Below, piece after piece: positions 46,640 through 56,103 of a stretch of DNA of 64,000 nucleotides (its first letter is position 1; each line of letters begins with the position of its first letter). The stretch is taken from contig CAZFKS010000001.1 in NCBI GenBank assembly GCA_964519725.1, positions 49,406-113,405 on the forward strand, written 5' to 3'. This DNA comes from an uncultured Gammaproteobacteria bacterium. Its GTDB lineage: Bacteria; Patescibacteriota; Patescibacteriia; Magasanikbacterales; UBA922. Below the pieces are notes generated by a model. It saw only the letters and a list, made by a program, of their open reading frames with translations. It had not been told where the DNA came from and did not search any database. A program made the position numbers and the translations under genes.

Positions 46640-46640
46640 T

Positions 46641-47405
46641 ATGCTCACCAAGGCAACAATTAAGCATTTAAATGAACTGCAACAAAAAAAGCACCGAGCG
46701 GCGGCGCAGGAATTTATTATTGAAGGGATCAAAGGAGTAGAGGAAGCGCTCGCGAATGCAGAAGTAATTTTAGTAGTCATGGACGGCAGTTTGCGCGATG
46801 AGGCTGATATGAAAAAAATAATTTCCGCCGCTGAACAAAACGAAGTGCAAGTAGAATTCTGTGGTCGTAAAGACATTGGGGAAATCAAAACCACCGATAC
46901 TTTTCCCGGAGTAATGGCTGTAGTTACAACCAATGATATTGGACTCGAAGAAATTAGTGCTGGCCCAATTATTGCGCTTGACGGCGTTAAAGACCCAGGA
47001 AATTTGGGCACCATTATTCGCACGGCCGATTGGTTTGGAATTCAAAATATTTTACTGGCCGAGGATTCAGTTGACCCCTACAATCCCAAAGTCGTCCGCA
47101 GTACCATGGGCTCAATTTTCCGGACCCAAATTTTTGAAAGCCAGGATTTAGCCACCTCGCTAAACACGCTCAAAACTAAATATGGTTACAAAGTGGTTTC
47201 ACTGGAAATGGACGGTAAACCTTTACCAACCGAACTCCTAAAAAAGGGGAGTGAAAACACGGTTTTCCTCTTTGGCAGCGAGTCACACGGGGTGCGCGAG
47301 ACCCTTGAAAAATTCATTGATTTTAGCTACACTATCCCAGGCAAAGGCGCAGCTGAATCACTGAATGTAGCGATTGCCGCCGCCATTGTCATGTCCAGAA
47401 TGTAA
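46641..47405 (+). CDS. TrmH/SpoU-family RNA 2'-O-methyltransferase
   Basis: SPOUT motifs incl. LDGVKDPGNLGTIIRTA and ESLNVAIAAAI. Confidence 0.75.
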   Translation: MLTKATIKHLNELQQKKHRAAAQEFIIEGIKGVEEALANAEVILVVMDGSLRDEADMKKIISAAEQNEVQVEFCGRKDIGEIKTTDTFPGVMAVVTTNDIGLEEISAGPIIALDGVKDPGNLGTIIRTADWFGIQNILLAEDSVDPYNPKVVRSTMGSIFRTQIFESQDLATSLNTLKTKYGYKVVSLEMDGKPLPTELLKKGSENTVFLFGSESHGVRETLEKFIDFSYTIPGKGAAESLNVAIAAAIVMSRM

Positions 47406-47409
47406 CCTT

Positions 47410-48885
47410 ATGTCTACTGTTCGCACCCGTTTTGCTCCTAGCCCCACTGGCTTTTTACACGTTGGTGGTCTTCGCACCGCACTTTACGCTTACTTATACG
47501 CCCGGAAAAATCAGGGTGATTTTCTGCTTCGCATTGAAGACACTGACCAAGAACGATTTGTAGAGGGTGCTATCCAAAACATGATTGGTTCATTACATTG
47601 GGCCGGAATTACGATTGATGAAGGGGTCAATTTAGATGACAAAAAAATAATTCAATCTGGTGACAAAGGTCCATATATTCAATCTGAGCGTCTAGAATTG
47701 TACAAAAAATATGTCGATGAACTGTTAGAAAAAGGTCATGCATATTTTTGTTTCTGTACCAAAGACCGTCTTGATGAATTACGCAAATTCCAAGAATTAA
47801 ATAAAATGCCAACCGGGTATGATGGTCATTGTCGCGAAGGTAATTTAACCGAAGCTCGCGCACGCCAAGATGCAGGCGAAACTTCAGTTGTGCGCATGAA
47901 AATGCCAAAACAAGGTGTTACTTCATACAACGATATTATTCGCGGGCCAGTGGAATTTAAAAATGCCCTGGTAGATGATCAAGTTCTCCTAAAATCTGAC
48001 GGTTTTCCAACCTACCATTTGGCCGTGGTTGTTGATGACCACTTAATGGAGATTACGCATGTAATTCGCGGTGAAGAGTGGATCTCTTCAACCCCCAAAC
48101 ACATTAAACTGTACGAAATGTTTGGCTGGACAGCACCACAATTTGGCCATCTATCATTACTCGTAAATGAGCAAAAACAAAAACTAAGTAAACGCCACGG
48201 CGATGTTTCAGTGGAAGATTTTAAACAAAAAGGTTACTTACCAGAAGCACTGGTAAATTTTGTTGCTTTCCTTGGCTGGAATCCTGGCGACGAACGTGAA
48301 TTATTTACTATCAAAGAATTAGAAGCTGAATTTACTTTGGAAAAAGTTAGTAAACCGGCCGCTGTTTTCAACCGCGAAAAATTAAATTGGTACAACAAGC
48401 AATATTTAATGAAGCTGGATTTAGCAGATTTAGTTGAGCGTACCCGGCCGTTTATGCGTGAAGCTGGTTTGACTGACGCCGCGGAATTATCAACTGAAAC
48501 CCTGGCCCCAATTTTAGACTTGGAACGCAGTCGTGCCAACACCCTGGTGGAATTAGTGAGCGGCGTTGCCTTTATGTTTGCGGAAACCCTGGATTATGAC
48601 GCAGAAATTTTGGTGTGGAAAAAAGGGACCCCAGAAGAAGCCAAACAAATTTTTGGCGAGCTAACTGATTTGCTCGGCGGGGTAGGTGAGTGGACCAAAG
48701 AAAATTTAGATACGACCTTGCAAAAATTTATTACTGACAAAGGTTATGGAGTAGGGAACGTGATGTGGCCGCTCCGCGTGGCTTTGTCTGGTCAAAAAAA
48801 TTCACCTGGACCAACTGAATTAGCGTCGGTTTTAGGCAAATATAAAACTTTAGCTCGGATCACGGCCGCGAGTGCCAAGCTCTAA
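47410..48885 (+). CDS. gltX: glutamyl-tRNA synthetase
   Basis: HVGGLRTALY (HIGH) and KLSKR (KMSKS) motifs; start ATG 47410. Confidence 0.85.
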   Translation: MSTVRTRFAPSPTGFLHVGGLRTALYAYLYARKNQGDFLLRIEDTDQERFVEGAIQNMIGSLHWAGITIDEGVNLDDKKIIQSGDKGPYIQSERLELYKKYVDELLEKGHAYFCFCTKDRLDELRKFQELNKMPTGYDGHCREGNLTEARARQDAGETSVVRMKMPKQGVTSYNDIIRGPVEFKNALVDDQVLLKSDGFPTYHLAVVVDDHLMEITHVIRGEEWISSTPKHIKLYEMFGWTAPQFGHLSLLVNEQKQKLSKRHGDVSVEDFKQKGYLPEALVNFVAFLGWNPGDERELFTIKELEAEFTLEKVSKPAAVFNREKLNWYNKQYLMKLDLADLVERTRPFMREAGLTDAAELSTETLAPILDLERSRANTLVELVSGVAFMFAETLDYDAEILVWKKGTPEEAKQIFGELTDLLGGVGEWTKENLDTTLQKFITDKGYGVGNVMWPLRVALSGQKNSPGPTELASVLGKYKTLARITAASAKL

Positions 48886-48897
48886 AATTTACCCTAT

Positions 48898-48922
48898 AAA
48901 GCGCTTAACCGAGCGCTTTTTT
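48898..48922 (+). terminator. rho-independent terminator AAAGCGCT-TAACCG-AGCGCTTTTTT
   Basis: read directly. Confidence 0.6.
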
Positions 48923-48957
48923 ATTACCAAGCCCAAATATGGTATACTTTTGTCATT

Positions 48958-50193
48958 ATGCGTAAATGGTTATTCTTAGCGGCCCTAATAATCGGCAGTC
49001 TGACCGCGTTTTTTTATGTCCGCGCGGCGAATGATGGCACCGTGGCCGCCAATAGTGAAATTGATGACTTGAACAAACAAATTGAAGAAAAGAAAAAGAA
49101 AATTGCGGAAATTGAAAAATCCATTGAAGCGTACAAGAAAAAAATTAGTGATGCACAAATTCAAACTATTTCCCTCAATAACCAAATGGCGATTCTAGAT
49201 AACCGGATTGCGCAAGTTAATTTGGATGTGGAAGCTACCCAAGATAAACTAGATTCTCTCCAATTAGAATTAAAATCTTTAGGCCTCCAAATTGATGAAA
49301 AAAATAAAACCCTCGAGCGCCAGAAAAAAATCTTGGCCGAATTAATTCGCGAGATGCGCCGCGAAGACAACAAGCAAATGATTGAAATTTTATCAGCCTA
49401 TTCGTCTTTTTCTGATTTTTATGATCGGGTCAACCGCGTGGAGCGACTGCAACATGACCTAGGTAAAACCGCTGAGTCAGTCCGTTTGGCCAAAGCTGAC
49501 CTAGAGGCCAAGCACACCAAAACGACTGAAGTAAAAAATGATTACGAAAAAGTTAATGTTGAATTGGGTCAAAAAAAATCTGAACTTAACACGCAAATTT
49601 CGTACAAAAAAGACTTACTCGTGACCACTCAAGCCTCAGAGCAAAAATACAAAACTCTGGTTAGTTCGCTGCGCACCCAGTACCAACAAATTGAAAACGA
49701 TATTTCCGGCATTGAAGCTCAAGTGCGAAAGAAGTTAGCTGAGCAACAGAAAAAAGCCCCAGAAAAATTTGATACTGACAGTGGTGAATTATCTTGGCCA
49801 ATTACTAGCCGCCGTGTCACTGCTTATTTCTGGGACCCAAGTTATCCGTATCGCCAAGTGTTTGAACATAATGCGATTGATATTGCGACCGCCCAGGGTT
49901 CAACAGTCAAAGCTGCGGCTAGTGGCTATGTGGCGCGCGCTAAACGCTGCACCGTGGCGTCTTGCTATGCCTATGTCATGATTATTCACTCCAATGGCGT
50001 GTCCACGGTGTATGGCCACCTGAGTAAAATTTCTGTGTCTGAGGAACAATATGTGACCCGCGGTGATGTCATTGGTTACTCTGGGGCTACGCCTGGGACA
50101 GTGGGCGCTGGGCCATTCACGACTGGTCCGCATTTACACTTTGAAGTTCGGAAAAATGGCATTCCAACTGATCCGCTGAAATATTTAAACTAA
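48958..50193 (+). CDS. M23 peptidase with N-terminal coiled coil (EnvC-like)
   Basis: long coiled coil then HxxxD...HLHFE M23 motifs. Confidence 0.75.
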   Translation: MRKWLFLAALIIGSLTAFFYVRAANDGTVAANSEIDDLNKQIEEKKKKIAEIEKSIEAYKKKISDAQIQTISLNNQMAILDNRIAQVNLDVEATQDKLDSLQLELKSLGLQIDEKNKTLERQKKILAELIREMRREDNKQMIEILSAYSSFSDFYDRVNRVERLQHDLGKTAESVRLAKADLEAKHTKTTEVKNDYEKVNVELGQKKSELNTQISYKKDLLVTTQASEQKYKTLVSSLRTQYQQIENDISGIEAQVRKKLAEQQKKAPEKFDTDSGELSWPITSRRVTAYFWDPSYPYRQVFEHNAIDIATAQGSTVKAAASGYVARAKRCTVASCYAYVMIIHSNGVSTVYGHLSKISVSEEQYVTRGDVIGYSGATPGTVGAGPFTTGPHLHFEVRKNGIPTDPLKYLN

Positions 50194-50196
50194 TCT

Positions 50197-50226
50197 AAAA
50201 GCCCTGTGAATACAGGGCTTTTTTAA
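50197..50226 (+). terminator. rho-independent terminator AAAAGCCCTG-TGAATA-CAGGGCTTTTTT
   Basis: read directly. Confidence 0.6.
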
Positions 50227-50254
50227 TATTTGGAATTTATCCACACACCAAAAC

Positions 50255-50283
50255 TTGATGTGAGAACAAATGTTCTCTATACT
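50255..50283 (+). promoter_or_regulatory. lexA promoter TTGATG-17-TATACT with LexA (Cheo-type) box GAGAACAAATGTTCTC (50262-50277) filling the spacer
   Basis: 16-bp perfect palindrome containing GAAC-N4-GTTC read directly. Confidence 0.7.
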
Positions 50284-50322
50284 ACTTTTATACGTCAAAC
50301 ATTAATCTTATTAAGCACTGAT

Positions 50323-50907
50323 ATGGCCCCTGACCTTTACCAATCTCGCAAACAAAAGCTCCTCAATTATTTCAACAAATTCAAACAAGTCCCAACCTAT
50401 GATGAAATGGTCAAACTGTTTGATCTAAGGTCCAAAGGTTCGCTCCACCGGTATGTAGAAAAATTTATTGAAGATGGAATTTTAGAAAAAAATGCAACTG
50501 GAAAATTAGTTGCGACCGAGAGAATGTTTGGCCTAAAAGTTTTGGGAGTAGTGCAAGCTGGATTTCCAACAACGGCTGAAGAAGATGCCAGTGCCAAAAC
50601 CGTAAGCTTAGACCGTTGGCTCATTGAACACCCTCAAGCCAGTTACTTGCTCACTGTTTCTGGAGACTCAATGATTGATGCCGGTATTATGCAAGGTGAT
50701 ATGGTCATTGTGGACCGCACCAGGAATCCTAAAACTGGAGATATCGTGGTGGCTGAAGTTGACCATGATTGGACCATGAAGTATTACATTAAAAGGGGAG
50801 AGCGCGTAATTCTCCGCCCTGCCAACCGCAATTATCCAGACATTCACCCCCAATTAGAGCTTAAAATCGCTGGGGTCGTGGCCAGTGTTATCCGTAAATA
50901 CTTATAA
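50323..50907 (+). CDS. lexA: LexA repressor (S24 peptidase)
   Basis: N-terminal wHTH, Ala-Gly cleavage region, SGDSM and K in ...TMKYYIKRG; start ATG 50323 downstream of promoter. Confidence 0.75.
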   Translation: MAPDLYQSRKQKLLNYFNKFKQVPTYDEMVKLFDLRSKGSLHRYVEKFIEDGILEKNATGKLVATERMFGLKVLGVVQAGFPTTAEEDASAKTVSLDRWLIEHPQASYLLTVSGDSMIDAGIMQGDMVIVDRTRNPKTGDIVVAEVDHDWTMKYYIKRGERVILRPANRNYPDIHPQLELKIAGVVASVIRKYL

Positions 50908-50908
50908 T

Positions 50909-52153
50909 ATGAAAATGCCTGTTTCTGAAGCCAAAGCCATTGTTCACATTGATGGCGATGCTTTCTTTGCTAGTTGCGAACAAGCTGTTAACCCAAAACT
51001 TCAGGGCAAACCAGTAGTTGTTGGGGCTGACCGTGGCATTGCCACTGCTTTTAGCCAAGAAGCCAAGCAGCGTGGGGTGCGTCGCGGCATGACTAAACTT
51101 GAAATCCTCAGGATTTGTCCAGACGCTATCTTACTTCCCGGTGATTATGAAACTTACACCTTATTTTCCAAACGCATATTTGCGATCATGCGCCGATTTA
51201 CTGACCAAGTTGAAGAGTACAGCATTGACGAAGGCTTCATGGATATTACAGGGTTAGATAAAGTAGAAAAAATGTCTTACGCTGACATTGCCAAATTAAT
51301 TAAAAAAACCATTCAAACTGAATTAGGGATCACAGTCTCAGTTGGTCTTGCCCCAACCAAAGTCTTAGCCAAACTCGCCTCAACTAGTAGTAAACCAAAT
51401 GGCTTTGGTGTAATTACCCAAAAAGATTTACCTGAATATTTGCGCGATTTTTCTGTGGACACTATCTGGGGCGTAGGCCGGAACACGGCCGACTATATGC
51501 GCCGCCTTAGTATTTTTACAGCCTATGACTTTGCGGTTAAACCAATTGGGTTTATCAAAGATAATTTTACCAAACCACACCAAGACATTTGGTATGAATT
51601 AAATGGTCAATCAGTGTACAGTGTAATTTCTGAAGAAAAACAAACCTATGCTTCAATTTCTAAAACTCACACTTTTCACGCTCAAAAGGGGAGCCGGGCG
51701 TTGGTATATGCCGAACTAGTCACTAATCTAGAAAATGCTTGTGCCAAAGCACGTAATCATGATTTAGTGGCCAAACGAGTGTCTATTTTCTTAAAATCTG
51801 AATCATTTAATATTCAAGGACTCGAAGTAACTTTAGAACGCGCCAGTGCTTTTCCAATGGATCTATTAAGTGCGGTTAAGCCATTATTTGAAAAATTATA
51901 CAGTGATAAAGTTCAGTACCGTGCCACTGGCATTGTTTTATCTGACCTCACCGATGCTTGCGCTGTTCAAACGACTTTGTTTGAAGCCCCAACCACACTT
52001 TCCACCTTACAAAAAACTTACGAAGCCATTGATGCTCTTGCCCTCAAATTTGGCAAACACACGGTGCATAGTGCCAGTAGTTTAGCCAAAGAAATTAAAA
52101 AACCAATGGAACTAGCTAGTTTGCCATTGGTTTCCCTAGGATTTGTTCGTTAG
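50909..52153 (+). CDS. dinB: DNA polymerase IV (Y-family)
   Basis: IVHIDGDAFFASCEQ N-terminus; overlaps lexA stop. Confidence 0.8.
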   Translation: MKMPVSEAKAIVHIDGDAFFASCEQAVNPKLQGKPVVVGADRGIATAFSQEAKQRGVRRGMTKLEILRICPDAILLPGDYETYTLFSKRIFAIMRRFTDQVEEYSIDEGFMDITGLDKVEKMSYADIAKLIKKTIQTELGITVSVGLAPTKVLAKLASTSSKPNGFGVITQKDLPEYLRDFSVDTIWGVGRNTADYMRRLSIFTAYDFAVKPIGFIKDNFTKPHQDIWYELNGQSVYSVISEEKQTYASISKTHTFHAQKGSRALVYAELVTNLENACAKARNHDLVAKRVSIFLKSESFNIQGLEVTLERASAFPMDLLSAVKPLFEKLYSDKVQYRATGIVLSDLTDACAVQTTLFEAPTTLSTLQKTYEAIDALALKFGKHTVHSASSLAKEIKKPMELASLPLVSLGFVR

Positions 52154-52154
52154 C

Positions 52155-52335
52155 TTGAGAGGGGTTGTGCAGCAGGACCCCTCAGAAGAGGAGGGTGTCG
52201 AAAGACTGGCCCGGGAACGCCGTATCCCGGCTCCAAGACCGTACCGGTCAGTCTGAGGGGGGATTGAGATATTCAACTGACTAGCGCGGTCTGTATTCTA
52301 TCGGCATATCCAAGGGGTCCTGCCGCACAAAAGCA
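52155..52335 (+). ncRNA. GC-rich (~58%) structured element: 18-bp closing helix (52165-52182 / 52313-52330, one A.C mismatch) enclosing 129 nt with a 9-bp inner helix and hairpins
   Basis: base pairing read directly; no ORF; family unknown. Confidence 0.35.
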
Positions 52336-52400
52336 TACTACTCAAAAAGATATTCAATGTCAAGATTGACCCTAAGAAAACATTTTGCTATCCTGATCGC

Positions 52401-52910
52401 ATGAAACCATATTCTGATCGAATTATTTTCTTTGATACTGAATTTACTGACCTTGATCCAAAGGTAGGAGAGTTGTTATCAATTGGTTTAATTAAATACA
52501 CTGGTGAAAAATTATATTTAGAATTAGAAAGTTCAGCTGAACCACACCCATGGGTCGTAGAACATGTCTTACCATTCTTAACTGAACCAAAAATTAGCCG
52601 TGAAAAAGCTAAAGAATTAATTAGAGACTTTGTCGGACCAGATGAACCATATCTGGTGGCGTATGTTAATCAATTTGATGCGATTTACTGGTACGAATTA
52701 TTTGGCTCACCAAAAGATCACCCGGCTTACTGGATCCCAATTGACTTTGCTTCAATTTTATTTGGTTTAGGACTGTCACCAAATAGCATGGGCGTACACG
52801 CTTTTTTTACTGACCTAGGAATTAATAAAGAAGATTATCAAGAACATAATGCCCTGTCTGATGCCGCTTTATTACGTGACACTTACCTAGCTTTAGAAAA
52901 AAGAGGGTAG
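52401..52910 (+). CDS. DEDD-family 3'-5' exonuclease (oligoribonuclease/RNase T-like)
   Basis: IIFFDTEFTDLDP Exo I motif. Confidence 0.45.
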   Translation: MKPYSDRIIFFDTEFTDLDPKVGELLSIGLIKYTGEKLYLELESSAEPHPWVVEHVLPFLTEPKISREKAKELIRDFVGPDEPYLVAYVNQFDAIYWYELFGSPKDHPAYWIPIDFASILFGLGLSPNSMGVHAFFTDLGINKEDYQEHNALSDAALLRDTYLALEKRG

Positions 52911-52929
52911 GGGACCTGAGTCATTTAGC

Positions 52930-53820
52930 ATGAATAATTTTTTTGTTCATCGGTCTAAAAAATTTATTTTTGGGGCTACACTAAGCCTTTTATTTGCAAT
53001 TAGTTGCCTGAGTATTTTTTATATTCAAGGCGAAACCGTAGTGGAAGAGGAGAAAGAGCAGGCACCAAAGGGGCCAAAACCAGTGGTACTGCTACTTCCC
53101 CATCAGGATGATGAAATGGCCATGGCTGGTACAGCCTACTATTACCTTAAACAAGGTCACCCAGTTTACAGTTTGCTTATTACCGATGGTTCAGGCTCAA
53201 TGGCCCGTCATGTTATAAATGGTCATACCCCAGATGGCCAACGCATGTTTTCGGTGGTTAAAAAACAATTTTTAGTGCCTGAACATTATGGTTATCACGA
53301 TTTAACCAAACAGGATTTTAGTGCTGCACGCAACCGCGAATATGTGGCTTCGATGCTAAACTTGGGTCTGGAACCAGCTAATATTCGTATTTCTAATCCA
53401 GGTGGAATAAAAGGCAGTGAACAGCCTATATATAAGGACGGCGGCACTAGTCCAGCTGACGCTTACCGCGCGATTAATGAAATTTACCAAGAGGTTGGCG
53501 ATGGAATTTACCTGACACGGACATCAATCAAAGGTGAGGGTGATTATTTAAATGTTGATCATCGGGCCATTGAGGTGGCTTTAAAAGCCTTTCAAGGGAT
53601 TAGTACCAAGTATTATTTTAGTGATAAAGAAAATCCAGCGTTTGCTTTTCCACTAACACCTGAAGAATTAGAAATTAAAAAGCAAATGATGGATCAGTAT
53701 CGGGTGTGGGACCCAAAGCACGGGCGGTTTGCCATTGGTGAGCACTCAGTTAAGTTCATGCTAGATTTTTGGTCAAAAAATCCTTACGAATACATCTTGC
53801 CAGACCCACACAATAGATAA
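52930..53820 (+). CDS. PIG-L/LmbE-family N-deacetylase
   Basis: LLPHQDDEMAMAG (PHxDDE) motif. Confidence 0.65.
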   Translation: MNNFFVHRSKKFIFGATLSLLFAISCLSIFYIQGETVVEEEKEQAPKGPKPVVLLLPHQDDEMAMAGTAYYYLKQGHPVYSLLITDGSGSMARHVINGHTPDGQRMFSVVKKQFLVPEHYGYHDLTKQDFSAARNREYVASMLNLGLEPANIRISNPGGIKGSEQPIYKDGGTSPADAYRAINEIYQEVGDGIYLTRTSIKGEGDYLNVDHRAIEVALKAFQGISTKYYFSDKENPAFAFPLTPEELEIKKQMMDQYRVWDPKHGRFAIGEHSVKFMLDFWSKNPYEYILPDPHNR

Positions 53821-53905
53821 ATCAATTCTGTAGTGTCGCACAATTATTTGGACTAAATTAGGGCTGGGGTGGGTGAAAGGGTCAAACTAGCAATTGGTGT
53901 ATTAA

Positions 53906-53933
53906 AAGACTAGGCTCAGCACCTAGTCTTTTG
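53906..53933 (+). terminator. rho-independent terminator AAGACTAGG-CTCAGCA-CCTAGTCTTTTG
   Basis: read directly. Confidence 0.55.
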
Positions 53934-54063
53934 TGTATAAAATAAAAATAAATTCCTAATTCACTGGGCAAATAGCCGAATTCCAAGGCAAAAAGGGAAA
54001 ATTGTTTTTACCCCGGGCGATAGGGATAAGTGTCGTATAAGATATATTGTGCGACATACTATC

Positions 54064-54121
54064 TCAAGGGAAGGGACCACCTTGAGACGGATAATATTGT
54101 CTCAAGTCCCTCTTCCCTACA
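54064..54121 (-). terminator. long imperfect hairpin (GGGAAGGGAC...CTTGAGAC-N10-GTCTCAAG...GTCCCTCTTCCC) 3' of the minus-strand FtsQ-like gene
   Basis: read directly. Confidence 0.4.
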
Positions 54122-54129
54122 ATCAAAAT

Positions 54130-55089
54130 TTACTTCCAAAAAACTTTACCCGGATAACGAAGATCTAAGTATTGAATGGAACTGGTAGTTTTTTTCTGTT
54201 CCCAAAAAGTGCGCACCGCGAGAAATTGGCTGTCGCGATTGTCAGTGTAGTTGACCAGTAGCTTTACCCCAGAAGCGAGGACTGCCTCCCCTTCTGTGAC
54301 CTTACCAGACTGGGTAGTGACCGTAAAATAATCAGCTGGTTTTTTATTGTCAGATAAAAAAGAATTCCACGCAATTACACCGCTAATTAGGCCTTCACTG
54401 GCCTGAGATGTACTAGACGCTGTGCTAGAAGCGACTGCTCCAGGCAAAATCAGCACAGGGAGGCCCTTAAACGCCTCGCCACTTGACTTTTGCACCAATC
54501 GCGCCTCTGACATAATTTTAGCAGCCTCAGGCGCATCAACTTGTACCCGGCCCAGGCGCGACACTTCATTCCCATCAGCATCAAGGGCAATGAGCGCATT
54601 ATTTTGCACTACAGTTAATTGCGGGGCGCGCTCAGTTAATTCAATTTTTAACGTGTGAGGAAATTCAGTCGTAGTTTTAACTGATTGCAAACGAAATCGG
54701 TTCTGAATCACCTCTTCCAAACTATTTTTATTTAGGAAAAAATAATTCTGCCCCGGAATCACCCACCAAATTTTAGTGTCCATGACCTGGCGCGCAGTTT
54801 TTTGCACCTCAGCGTAATCTGTCCGCGCTGTGCCAGCAATACTGATCACATCAATTTGAAACGCTGGGTGAAACATCATGAGTCCAGCCACTCCCAGCAC
54901 ACTCCCCGACCCTAGCACAGAAAAAATCAGGCCACGGTAACTGGTGGGTTCATCAGCTTTAAAAGGATTGTCGCGGTGATTAACCGCAAAATCAGCCTGA
55001 CGGCTGCGGGTGCGAACTGGTTTTTTGTGACTGTTCCACCGCATAAAATTAAGAGGAGAAACCGCGCCGAATACTGCGTACTTTTTCAA
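54130..55089 (-). CDS. FtsQ/DivIB-like cell division protein (single TM + POTRA-like region)
   Basis: TM LIFSVLGSGSVLGVAGLMMF followed by POTRA-like QIDVISIAGTARTDYAEV. Confidence 0.45.
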   Translation of the reverse strand: MKKYAVFGAVSPLNFMRWNSHKKPVRTRSRQADFAVNHRDNPFKADEPTSYRGLIFSVLGSGSVLGVAGLMMFHPAFQIDVISIAGTARTDYAEVQKTARQVMDTKIWWVIPGQNYFFLNKNSLEEVIQNRFRLQSVKTTTEFPHTLKIELTERAPQLTVVQNNALIALDADGNEVSRLGRVQVDAPEAAKIMSEARLVQKSSGEAFKGLPVLILPGAVASSTASSTSQASEGLISGVIAWNSFLSDNKKPADYFTVTTQSGKVTEGEAVLASGVKLLVNYTDNRDSQFLAVRTFWEQKKTTSSIQYLDLRYPGKVFWK

Positions 55090-56101
55090 TTAGCCAGGTT
55101 AAATAATAGCGTGGGCTGATTGGCAAATCATGACACGGAATTAAATCTAATTCTTGACCTCCAAAACCTTTTTTAAAGTGCGTGATCCCAAAGAATGGGT
55201 GGCTTTTTTTGGCTCCAGGTGGCGCAATGCCCCAAAAATTGTGGACTGTGCAGCCGCGTTTTTTGGCTTCTTTAATTGCCGCCCACTGCACTGCGTACGA
55301 GGTTGGCAAATGCTTGTCACTCATGAGTGAGGCAGCGTGACGATAGCATGACATGGTACCATAGAACATAAAAATTCCCACGGCGTCGAGTGTTCCGTTT
55401 GGCAAATAGGCTTTGATGACCGCGGCATGGTCTGGAGCGAGCGAATTAAATTCTTTGCGCACATAACCATCTGGGAAACGGTGAAAATTATGACGTTTCA
55501 CGGTTACGTCGTGCATGCGGTTAAATTCTTTCACGGCTTGGGGGTCAGTAGAAATTTCAATCCGCACCCCTTCTTTTTCACAACGGCGGACCAAGTTGCG
55601 GTGATTTTTATCCATTTGTTTTAAGAGGTCGTCTTCACTCGGTGTAATATCCAAGAGCCAAGTGTACTCAGCTAAAATATGAAGTGGTGAACGGACAAAT
55701 TTATTTTCACGCAAATATTTCCAGGCTGTCTCATCAGAACTTGGCCAAAATGGGCTGATCCGCACAAAATCCATCTGGGCTTTTTTGGCTTCTTCACGTA
55801 AAACTTTCACAAAAAAATCACCAAAGGCCTGGCCATCAAAACTAAATTTAGTGTGCTTTGAGACTACTGGTCCATAAGGCAAAAACCAAAAATTCCCCCG
55901 ACGAGCATGGACCGAAATAATTAAAGTTCCAGCCACTAGTTCGTTTTGGTCATTGTAAATCCCCCAGATTCTCCCCTCCTCGCCCATTGAGCGGTAAAAC
56001 TCAGCGTATTCAGGAGCTTGAACAAAAATTGTATACGGTTGTTTGAGTAAAAATTCTTCCCAGATTTTTGGGTCTAGGTTTTGTTCTAAACGAAAATTCA
56101 T
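55049..56101 (-). CDS. Fem-family aminoacyl-tRNA-dependent peptidoglycan peptidyltransferase
   Basis: FemAB family N- and C-terminal acyltransferase regions. Confidence 0.6.
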   Translation of the reverse strand: MNFRLEQNLDPKIWEEFLLKQPYTIFVQAPEYAEFYRSMGEEGRIWGIYNDQNELVAGTLIISVHARRGNFWFLPYGPVVSKHTKFSFDGQAFGDFFVKVLREEAKKAQMDFVRISPFWPSSDETAWKYLRENKFVRSPLHILAEYTWLLDITPSEDDLLKQMDKNHRNLVRRCEKEGVRIEISTDPQAVKEFNRMHDVTVKRHNFHRFPDGYVRKEFNSLAPDHAAVIKAYLPNGTLDAVGIFMFYGTMSCYRHAASLMSDKHLPTSYAVQWAAIKEAKKRGCTVHNFWGIAPPGAKKSHPFFGITHFKKGFGGQELDLIPCHDLPISPRYYLTWLIEKVRSIRRGFSS

Positions 56102-56103
56102 AC

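Noticed and set aside
52155-52335. RNase P RNA or SRP RNA
   Set aside because: The element is about 180 nt, whereas RNase P is about 350-400 nt. It lacks the SRP GGAA/AGCAGG helix-8 motifs. Only a short CR-I-like string is present.
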